Source: Lepidodermella squamata (lineage: Eukaryota > Animalia > Gastrotricha). Taken from it: 64,000 nucleotides of DNA. Below the pieces are notes generated by a model, which saw nothing but the letters and a program-made list of their open reading frames with translations, had not been told where the DNA came from and did no database searches. The translations under genes were made by a program, and so were the position numbers. Shown here one piece after another: positions 54,829 to 64,000 of this stretch (positions are counted from its first letter, which is position 1; the number at the start of each line of letters is the position of its first letter). The stretch lies in the NCBI GenBank assembly GCA_047495785.1, contig JBLDXI010000003.1, forward strand, positions 620,001-684,000. The letters are read 5' to 3'.

Positions 54829-55639
54829 TTAACTATGTATGAATGAATGTCAAAGTATACCTGCGACAGAAGGGCAGTATTCTCCCGGTCATAAAAATCG
54901 ATCCACTACCAGCTTGAGTAATGTTTGCCTGGCTAGAGGTCATTTCGATCACTGAAAGATGGTCGAACGACTGCTGATTCGCAACCTGCTGGTTCCCCAG
55001 CCATACAGCACCGTCAGGCAGCACTCAGCACTCGGTTGGTGATATATTACCACATTTTTTGAAGCTGCTGGTTGCGCACCATCTGGCCTCGGCGAAGGCG
55101 TCGCTGCCCCAATCCATCTAAAATATGAAAATGTAAATATAATAAATCAACGAAAATTTAAAGATAATCAATTTTGGAATTTCAAATAGATAAATGAGTC
55201 CTAAGATTGGAATTCCTTTTGAATCCTGTAATTTCAATCCCCGACAACTTCAGTCTTGGTCGAAATATGTAAGAAGTCGCCGATTTCTCGAACCATAAGT
55301 TCTCGAGGCGACCGACTATATGATTAGTTGCAAAAATCCACAACTCATCGCTTAATTCATTTCTGGTTTGAATAACTTCAGCTAACAGTGCGTTTACAAG
55401 TTGCTTTTCATCATCTACGACCTTTTCGACAGCCAGCACATCGCATTGCCGTGAGATTTTCCGATATGCTATCGAGTCTGTCCACAGATGAGTCACTTGA
55501 AAAGGCCACACATTTTAATGTGTTTTTCTAGCAAGAAAGCAAAATCCTGTCAGAGAACCTGAAGGCTGACTGAACTTCGCGAGGCGCAAGCGCAGCTCAA
55601 CACCGTTTATGTTTCGTCCTATAGATAACCCAAGTTACA

Positions 55640-55726
55640 AGCCGACGACAGGATATGACGGCATTCCCGAATGCATCGTCAAGATGGCTAAGCTCTCGAT
55701 CGCTCGACACCTCATAGCTCTTCAAC
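55640..55726 (+). mobile_element. LINE ORF2 scrap
   Basis: KPTTGYDGIPECIVKMAKLSIARHLIALFN (G.DGI....K......L..LFN). Confidence 0.65.
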
Positions 55727-58348
55727 TTGTCTATTAATTTTGTAGATGTAGACACTGAGACGAACGCCTTTGCATTTTTACCGCTCGTTAAGTTTAGAAA
55801 GAAGTCAATTTTAATCCCTAGCCCTGAAAACCTTTCTGTTCATTTAGGTGTCTATTGGACTCCCTCGGCCAAGTACCATCAGGTATCCTTTTCAATTCGA
55901 CTTTGTTTAGAAGAATTTTCTATTAATCTCTTAAAAGAGCGATCTTTTTTGATAGTCGAACCAAATCAATTCGACCAATAAAACAACGGAAGGTCAAGAA
56001 AGTAACGTTACTTGTGGTCAACAGCCCAAGCGAGGTGGCACGCAAGGCAATGTTCGTCCACTACGCGACATTCCTCCAAGTTCTCAAACATCTATCATCT
56101 CAAGCGAGGGTCTGGCACATATAGAGCTACAATGAACAAATATGCTCCGTTTCGCTCTTGTAGGATTTATGTCATCATTTGAGCTCAGCGAGCTTGTTGT
56201 CACACCACCTTCGACCGCCGACAAAACCTGCTTGTCCTGCACAAGGCATGCCGGTTGACCCAAGTATCTGCTGCTGCTGTTGCCGCTCGGTTCGGGGAAT
56301 GTTACGGATGATCGGGCTGTGGCTGGCGACGGTGATCGTCGGCTCGGTGTTGTCATCACTGATGATGAGCTTATTGCGGAGATTTTCCTCGGGATCCAGT
56401 CGTCCATGTTGGACAGGCGGAAAGTACGCTGAGATATTGATACGGTGAACAACTGCTGCGAAATTCGATTGATCAGTTCGAAGATTTAATTATCGCTGGG
56501 AACTATTTGAAAGATGTACAATTATTCTGCACTACACGTCATCCGATTACGAAAGAGGGTTTTCGGAAACCAATCGACATCAAACATCAAACGGATGACC
56601 GCAATCGGCTTAAAGTTCATCCTTGTATTTGTATGTTTTCGTAGATTTCTATGACCTAGTTTTGTGTAGCTTCGTCTTGTCCCTTGTCCAATGACAGGAC
56701 GCAACTTGGTGCGATTCCAATGGGAAACATTACAATGGGAATGCTTTGCGCCTTCAAATTCTCACTTTCTACGCTGGTTCTTTGTCGAGCGCGAGAAAAT
56801 TATTGTCAATCAAGAGTGACAATAGAGGTTGTAAGCTTATTATCTGTACACTTGGACCGCTCGTGACGACTAGGACCTCGCCCAGCTCGACGATTGTCAA
56901 ATATATTATCACGATCAAGCCTTCGCATCGGGCTCCCGTTCGCGGCAAAATGGCCGTGCTGATCAACGCTGCTCCAGCTATTAGCCTCGTCGGCACCTCT
57001 ACCTCAAGGTTAGCTTAAACAAATTTGGCATAATATTCGAAATATTTTTCGATGTTACAGCGATATCAGTGCAAACTAAAATAAGAAAACGTAAAGAGTA
57101 TTAAATCAACGTCTGTGAAAATAAAATAACTCAAGGTGATTTCTGAGTCCCTTGTGAGTAAACAGAGTGGCCATTTGTCTGGCATTCTGATTTCTAGGTA
57201 AGACGAACGCCATCAACGATCGACGAACAGCTTCGACGCTAAACACAGATGCGCCAATACTATTCATAACTGACGGCCTCATTTCGGTCGGAGCCGGCCA
57301 GAAAATAACCTACAGAACTGACGCGACATCGCAAATACATTTGAACCCCGCCACGCCCTCGTTAACCTACCTGCGCACCCGCACCACCTAACGAACTACT
57401 TATCGAACTTTTGTATTACAGTGTTTGGTCGTGCTCATCTGCCGGCTATTCCACGTCAATGCCTGGAAGGTTTGCCAGCTCTCGCCGCAACATTCCCGAG
57501 AAACCTGAAAATCAGGCTGAACAGCCCAAGCCGTTTTCCGAGATGAAAGCCACCAAACACAAAAATCGAAAGAAAGGTATGTCTTTCGAAATTCCTTTCG
57601 AAATTCGGAATAGCTAATTCCAATTTATTCAATTTTCCATATGAACTTATCATAAATATGAACTTATTATATGAACTTTCATGAACTTTTTTCGAAATCG
57701 AAAGGCTCCAATCGTAAAACAAGTCGCGTCAACTTCCAACAACACAATCCTGACTCATCAGTCGATTTATCAGCCAATATCTCGGGAATTGAACCCATTG
57801 CCAGGTCCTCTCCCAACCCGATTACAGGTTTGAATATCATAGTTTTTATTGAAATCGTATTCTTCAACTATCCACTTGCCATGCAGACCTATTCGATAAT
57901 TCGGTCTTGGCAATGCGAAGATCCAAGAAAAGGAAAGTGTTCATCGATTCGTCGCTCATCCCGATGACCCCGCGCACGCCGCCGCTGCTACCGCTGCTAC
58001 AGCCGAACTCGAGACTGCCCGCGCTGCCTCAATCGCTGCTCGAGATGCCCTGGGCATTGCGATCGACGCCGCCTTTCGCTCTAGGCGAACACGCCGAAAA
58101 CGTCGGTTAGCCGATTTGATTCTAGTCCGATCAACGCGATCAACGCGACCGCTGGGATTGGGCCAGCTCGAGGCTATCCGCGCCAGTTCCAAGCACGCCA
58201 GCAACCGCGACATCCCGGTCGTCAAGACTCAGGAAATCGGCCTGCGTCCGCTCAAGGCGGCGCTCACAACGACCCACCGTGTCCTCTTCCCCAGCGCCAG
58301 AATCACACTGCTTCGCAGTGCAACTAGGCGAAAGCTGAGAGCAGATCG

Positions 58349-58396
58349 AAGTGTTATGACTGCGGACAGTTTGGCCGTCGTCAACGCGATTGTCCT
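58349..58396 (+). mobile_element. Degenerate gag CCHC zinc knuckle
   Basis: KCYDCGQFGRRQRDCP (His replaced by Arg). Confidence 0.55.
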
Positions 58397-58599
58397 ACCA
58401 GTCACCGATGGTCAAGGCGAGGAACGGGTGCTCCAGGCACGTAATGCCAGAAACGACTGCGCGGACGAAGAGGGGCGACGAACGGAACAAACTAGAATTG
58501 TTGGAATGTGGTCTTGGTTGGGCTCTTTGAAGTACTGCGCTATACCGACTTCAAAGGTAAGCACTTCACACCAAACTACCAGTCTTTAAAATGTAAAAT

Positions 58600-58820
58600 T
58601 TGCAGGTTCTCGTAGTTACAAATAGATTGACCAAACGTATGGGAGTGCTATCGAAAGTCCAACAAGGCGAGGCAAACGCAGCCCCTGATGAAATCATTCA
58701 AACTTTGCTCGAAGACTTGCCGAAACTGGTTGAAAAATACCGCCCGCGGCGTCGTGTAAACATGGACGAAATGGCGCTGTTTTACGAACAAATGCCGCGT
58801 CGCTCGTATGTTCTAGGCGA
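58600..58820 (+). mobile_element. Tigger/pogo transposase fragment
   Basis: QGEANAA...LPKLVEKYRPRRRVNMDEMALFYEQMPRRS (Y....I.N.DETGLF....P..T). Confidence 0.85.
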
Positions 58821-59139
58821 CGGCTCAATATTTCGCTTACCCTCCGGTAAATCAATTGACCTCGATGCTGGCTTCACTAATACTGTGCTGCACAATCTAT
58901 ACAAACGTTTTCTGACTGTTTATGATCTGGATTTTACCTCTGTAACAGAGAGACCAGAGTGACACTACGCCCCCAATTGTAAAACTGTTTATGATAGGTT
59001 GACTAATAAAGTGTGAGAGATAGGCGTTCTCTTCTTTACATGTGAAGGCTTTCGTCTCTGTACCGATCAACATCCTAATTAATAAGCTAGAAGAAATTAA
59101 TGTGTGCGGTAACCTTTTAAATTGACTCAGAAGCTATCT

Positions 59140-59400
59140 TTGTGGTAGGAGCTTCAAGGTTCTTGTCAACAATGCTGTCTCAAGCGAATTTAAAATTCCG
59201 TCCGGAGTCCCTCAAGGCTCAGTCCTTGGGCCACTACTTTTTGTTATTTTCATGTTATTCGTCGACGAGTGCATTGTTAATTCTGTGACGAAGTACTTCG
59301 CTGATGACACCAAAATATTCAAGCGAGTCCGTTGTGTGCAAGACTGTGTTCAACTTCAAACCGATCTCGACAACATTGTTAAATGGTTTCCTGACAATCA
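59140..59400 (+). mobile_element. CR1/L2-like LINE reverse transcriptase core fragment
   Basis: SGVPQGSVLGPLLFVIF...KYFADDTKIF...LQTDLDNIVKW. Confidence 0.9.
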
Positions 59401-59913
59401 ATAGTAATAAATGTTTTACGTCTTAATGGAAGAAAATCTACGGACGTTGCAAATTTCACACAAATTAATCGCCGATTTATTAATTTGTGGAATAGCCTAC
59501 CATATGATGTTGTAGCTGGTTCAATTAATAATTGCGAGACATAAAATCGAATTCCGGAACTTTACCAGCTTTTAGAGTTATTCGCTTTAACGCAATTTTC
59601 GCCTACGCGCAACTTTTCCTTGTAGCCACTGAAATTGCGCTATAGCGGGGGCTGACTGTATATGGTATACGGAGTTGGCTCTCACAACCAAACCATGTCG
59701 ACTGAGAAATTCCCGCCGTACTTAGATGCCATTATTATTCTGACTTCTCGCGTGTATCTCAAAATGTCTGTAGTCAAGCGCGAGAAAATTATGATCAATC
59801 ACGTCTGTAATAACGCTCTTCTACGTGCAACTCTCGCCGTTTTCACCACTTAAAATCGTGCTCTCATCTTTGGGATTTATGCACTTAATCAATTAATAAA
59901 TAAAATAGGATGT

Positions 59914-60074
59914 GGATATGTGAACACAGGAAAAGTGTATCGCGCATTGGCTATGCGCAATGTGCGTGACACACAGCCAAATTTAAGCGCGCACTGTGTT
60001 CAAGTAGCCAATCACGCACACACAATGTGTACGCATAGCCATTGGGCGATACACACTCCTGTGTTCACATAGCC
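59914..60074. mobile_element. Small palindromic MITE
   Basis: ggatatgtgaacacagga..gtgtatcgc..attggctatgcg ... cgcatagccattgggcgatacac..tcctgtgttcacatagcc. Confidence 0.75.
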
Positions 60075-60456
60075 ATGACCGATAAAATACTCACCCATAC
60101 GGCCATCAACTGGAGGCAGTGCCGTCCTCAATTGATTTCGAGGCTACAACTTGCTATCCATCCGTGCCATGAGTAGCTTGGTGTCGGCGAATTTGGAAAC
60201 GCTTGACGACCCGTCAATTAAGACATATAGATTCAACGCGTTGTGTGTATTCCTTCCTTCAGCTGTAATAACACTCTATGTAAGATGAAATATAAAAAAT
60301 ATTATTCTAGTAGCAAATTCATTCGCTTTGAGGTAAAATTGGGGCATAAGCGAGCAGATGGAACATAATAAATTCTGAATTGAAAGTATTCATCAAGTTA
60401 ATTTCAATATCCAATAAATCGATAGCATTTCGCTTCGTACATTCCGGCACCGGCAA

Positions 60457-61843
60457 TTACGTCATTTTGTCCCACAAATAGTCTGCCATTTCCAGTTTAC
60501 CCTCCATAGCAGCATAATCCACCGCCGTTAGGCCAGAATGGTTCCGCATTCTCAGAAGACTAGGCTTTTTGCCTACGAAAAAATCCAACGTTTCTCGGAT
60601 TTCCTCCGACCAATCAAAAAGATCAGGCGCAATGAGATGCAGTATGTTGTCGCCAGATTTGCTCATAACAGACACGTCAGCACCATGTTTCACCAAAATC
60701 TTCGCACAATCAACAGATTCGAGGCAGTACAAAATAGGATGTTCGAGTTTAACATCTGCCTTGAACTCCTCAATCAGCACCCTGGCAGCCTTAGCTTGAT
60801 TCCGGATACATGCGCTACATAAAGGAGTCAGCAAACTTTTTTGACCGGGTTTATTCAACAAATCTGGGCAGTGCTTCAACACAAGCCGCAATGCTTCTAT
60901 ATGATCATCATAGCACAACTTGTGCACGATTGTGTCTTCAGTTTCGCCGTATAGATTCGTCAATTTTGCGCCTTTTCCGCAAAGCGAACTTTGGGTCGAG
61001 CGAATGGCCTTCCGCGCCTTTTCAGATATTCAGCAATTTTCAACCGATTTTTCAGTAAAGCATACACAACAGGACTTCTATAGTTGCCACATCCCAGTTC
61101 GATATCAGCACCACATCGTTCCACGAGACATTTAACGAGTTCGAGGGCTTCCTCTTCCGTTTTCGCATGATGATCCGGGTCAATCAGTGAAAACAGAGGC
61201 GTTTCGGCATAGTCATCAAGGTTGACGTATTGCGGGCGCAGTTTCGCGATGGTTTCCAGAAGCTCCGGGGTACCTTCAGTGAGGGCCGCATAAAGAATAC
61301 TTTCATTTTTATGTCAATATCACCACCAGCTGCGCGGAGATACTCGAAAACAGCTTGGTGCCCTTCAAGCGCAGCAAGCAAAACGGCATTATTATCAGCA
61401 TCGTTCACGTAATTGACACCCATTTTCACGGTCAATCAGATGTTTTATAACCTCCAGGTTGCCCTTTGATGCAATGAGGCTGGGTAAATTGTTGCCGAGA
61501 GAATGACATTTTTCATTCACAAGGTTAGGGTCAATTTCCAGGAAAAACTTGACCATTTCAACTGAGTGGCTGTGATGTATAGCCATAGCGTTATTTTCGT
61601 CGCGGTGGTAAATGTTGGCGCCTTGCTCTTCGACTACATAGCGAGCAACTTCGACGGCTGATGGCGATCGGCTCGTAGCAACTGTCATCAGCAGACATTC
61701 GTGAGGTTCGTTGTAAGGATGATCGTAATTGGCTAGGTATCGCCGACAAGCTTTGGTGAGCATAGGGCGCTCGAAAATTTGCTTGATCTTTTCCAGTCGG
61801 CCGTACAAGCTGCGTTGCCGAGGACAGCAATATCGCGAATCAT
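60457..61843 (-). pseudogene. Ankyrin-repeat gene with frameshifts, paralog of the ankyrin part of 8941-10743
   Basis: Ankyrin motifs are split over ORFs 61395..61808, 61184..61435 and 60457..60963 in different frames. KQIFERPMLTKACRRYLANY aligns with RRLFARKQLSRSAKIFLANH, and RVLIEEFKADVKLEHPILYC with RCLIEEFGADPNFHSPILDC. Confidence 0.75.
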
Positions 61844-62637
61844 CTAAATTTTGGGAAATTAATCATATTAATGATAGAAATTAAAGATAGAAATATTCAA
61901 AATGTCATTAAATACGCATTTTTTTGATAAATAATAATATTGTTATTTTCGTATGAAATTATTGTTCTTCCTTATGGACGTTGAACATTGATCAAGTTTG
62001 CGTATTCCACCGACACAGCGTAAATTTTGACCGTGCGGGGGATTTTGGCGAAGGATCAAATCACGCTGAAAGATCTGGATGAATCGGAATGAGGCGAACG
62101 GAAGAAAGGCGACCTATAATGAGCAGGTGGAACGTTGGGTCGAGCGAATGGAGGAGATTCTTCGTCTTTATTGTCGTGATATCAATATCTCAGTCAGCAA
62201 CAGCGCAGATATGCGGCAATTTTTTACCGGCGTTCAACTCCAAACGGTAGCAAACTTGGAACTTGGCCGAAGGACACCTACCACGTCCTTATGTGCATCA
62301 GCGTCGGCGTGTTTGTTTGATAAGCCGGCGCTGATGCACGTAAGAGTTGGTGTTTACATCGATTATGTACAACAGCCGATTTAGCGGCGAACTGTACGGT
62401 CATAAAGATACAACCAAGAAGCGAAAGGTTGCAACTTTGCAGAAATTGGGTAGAGAAGCTCGGATTGAACAAATCGAGCAGCTTTTGGATAACAACGAAA
62501 TGGATCGAATAATGCAAATCAATGACCGATTTCCCGTGATGGAGTGCACTCGATATCACAGCATTATTAGCATTCTTTCGTTTCTCCGGTATTATTCAAC
62601 GGAAGAAGGGAGAATTTAATTTCATCTGTGACTATGA

Positions 62638-62760
62638 AATTCCCGTCGTCCTCCTAACAGATCGTGGGACCAATGTGGACTCGGTCCTAATTCGAGATTT
62701 CTGTGCTTATCTGGGTATCCAGAAAATCCGCACTGGGCGTTTTTCGCCAACCGGCAACCG
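62638..62760 (+). mobile_element. Gypsy-type integrase core fragment
   Basis: IPVVLLTDRGTNVDSVLIRDFCAYLGIQKIRTGRFSPTGN. Confidence 0.85.
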
Positions 62761-63224
62761 CAGCGACATGCTCAAATCTTCCCCAACGTCGCCAAAGGAA
62801 ATAAAAGTCGAAGAAAACAGGAGCGCTGAAGCTGAATACACTCTCGTTTTTCGGTATTGTGATGCTTCCGAAATTGAAGTGGATTTGAACATGGAATGGG
62901 AACAGAGCGTTTTATAGTGACGTGATCTTACCTACCTACACCACTTTTCCCCGTACGTTTCGACATTCTACCTGTGAACGGGACCCTTAGCCTTGAGTCT
63001 TGGGCAATGTTCCATGTCAGTTACATCAGTTGCTTCCGTTTCGCGCCCCCGGATCACCCCACTGCCGGTCTGGCGCCGAAAAAATTAGTTGTGAAATGAA
63101 CACCCTTTTCTAAGGGCATACTGTTGCTTTGTATTGAAACTATTGACCCGAGGATATAGAAATAACATACTTCAGGCCGAGGTTCCGTCTCGGACTTCAA
63201 TTCAACTGTGACAAGCGACTTGAG

Positions 63225-63406
63225 AAGCGACTTGGGCGAGCCTTGAACCTTTGAGCTTTGAGCCAGAACCCTGAGGCCTGAAATTCAAGTAACGTTTGTT
63301 GATTATGGCTAATTATTGTGCTTTATACACGACAGACATTTTGGCGAGCCTTGAACCTTTGAGCCTTTAAGCCTTTGAGCCCTTGAGTATTCAGCCTTGA
63401 GCCTTG
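63225..63406. repeat. Short degenerate tandem repeat (gagccttt/gagccttg)
   Basis: ttggcgagccttgaacctttgagc-like block twice plus 7-8-nt sub-repeats. Confidence 0.6.
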
Positions 63407-63883
63407 GTCATCCTATGAAGCCCTGGTGGCCTTCACCCTTCACGCCATGTAAGCCTTTTGCAAAATCCTCTGTTATTAATCCTTTGTCCCCTTCGAACCT
63501 CACACGTCGAGCTGCGCCTTGGCACCTTCCACTACCGTCATTCAGCCGAATGTCTACCGAGAAACGTATGGCAACTCGCGAAATCCCGCCGGTGAGCTGC
63601 GTTCGAATTTGGCATATTGGTTCGGTCTGTTGGACGGGTCGCATGGCAAGATAGGGAAGCTTTCTATTTCAATGATGACAGTAATGACAGTTTGACGAGG
63701 ATTATTTCCAATTAAAACCAATTTTATGTGAAAAACTCCTTTTTTCATTTATTCTCGCGAGGAGTGGGTTAAATTGTCACAGAAATGACGAATTTGATGT
63801 CTAAAATTTTGTCCGAAGACATTTACCATGTCTCATCGACACTGCTTCTTCTTATTCGCTAAGGCGCGCTGCTCAAAACTTGA

Positions 63884-64000
63884 CGAATTTAAAAGCTATG
63901 ACAGCGTCGATGACCCGGCCAAATCGACTATTTTCCCGCCGGAATTTCTAAACGCGTAAAGCCCGTCATTGCTGCCACCTCATCTTCTCCGACTCAAGTG
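63884..64000 (+). mobile_element. Helitron PIF1-like helicase fragment
   Basis: FKSYDSVDDPAKSTIFPPEFLNA*SPSLLPPHLLRLK (P.EFLN....G.PPH.L.LK). Confidence 0.85.

Larger units (their letters stand above)
12901..57120 (-). repeat. Dispersed, same-orientation cassette: non-coding exon plus conserved intron of about 100-135 nt; 13 or more copies
   Basis: + strand core atctaaaatgagaaaa...taaatca.cggaaat.aag.gggaat.tattttgaat.tcgaatag. Acceptor CT positions: 12907, 16748, 20144, 23226, 26067, 29555, 33457, 42320, 45141, 47780, 49883, 55118, 57076 (weak: 31633). A partial exon copy lies at about 52650. Confidence 0.9.

Noticed and set aside
12901-57120. CRISPR array
   Set aside because: Eukaryotic sequence; the repeats are 100-600 bp, diverged and kilobases apart, and there are no cas genes. 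The repeat/spacer comparison is only an analogy.
12230-64000. Any intact autonomous transposon or endogenous virus
   Set aside because: All TE coding matches are short, frameshifted or stop-containing; no paired LTRs or TIRs enclose an ORF.

Overview
Eukaryotic, probably invertebrate, genomic DNA with short GT-AG introns; the organism cannot be identified from sequence alone. The left end holds two minus-strand multi-exon genes. The first is a signal-peptide protein with four L-type-lectin-like domains, many EGF repeats and an (SSSG)n tract; it runs off the window. The second is a RING/B-box-like/coiled-coil/ankyrin (TRIM-like) gene. A frameshifted ankyrin paralog lies near the right end. Between them (about 12.2-60.4 kb, with similar content to the window end) I found no intact gene. 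Instead there is a mosaic of short (about 50-450 bp) coding scraps from many transposon superfamilies: Gypsy, BEL, LINE, hAT, MULE, pogo/Tigger, piggyBac, P, CACTA-like and Helitron. All 22 scraps I could recognise read on the + strand. They are punctuated every about 2-4 kb by at least 13 copies of a conserved cassette whose splice acceptor/donor signals lie on the - strand and whose exon keeps no reading frame in the copies translated. My best hypothesis is a modular, spliced, uni-strand antisense transposon-fragment library (piRNA/siRNA-cluster-like) grown by direct-orientation segmental duplication; function is inferred, not shown. Several MITEs and SINE-like elements are also present. All coordinates were read by eye and fragment edges are approximate.
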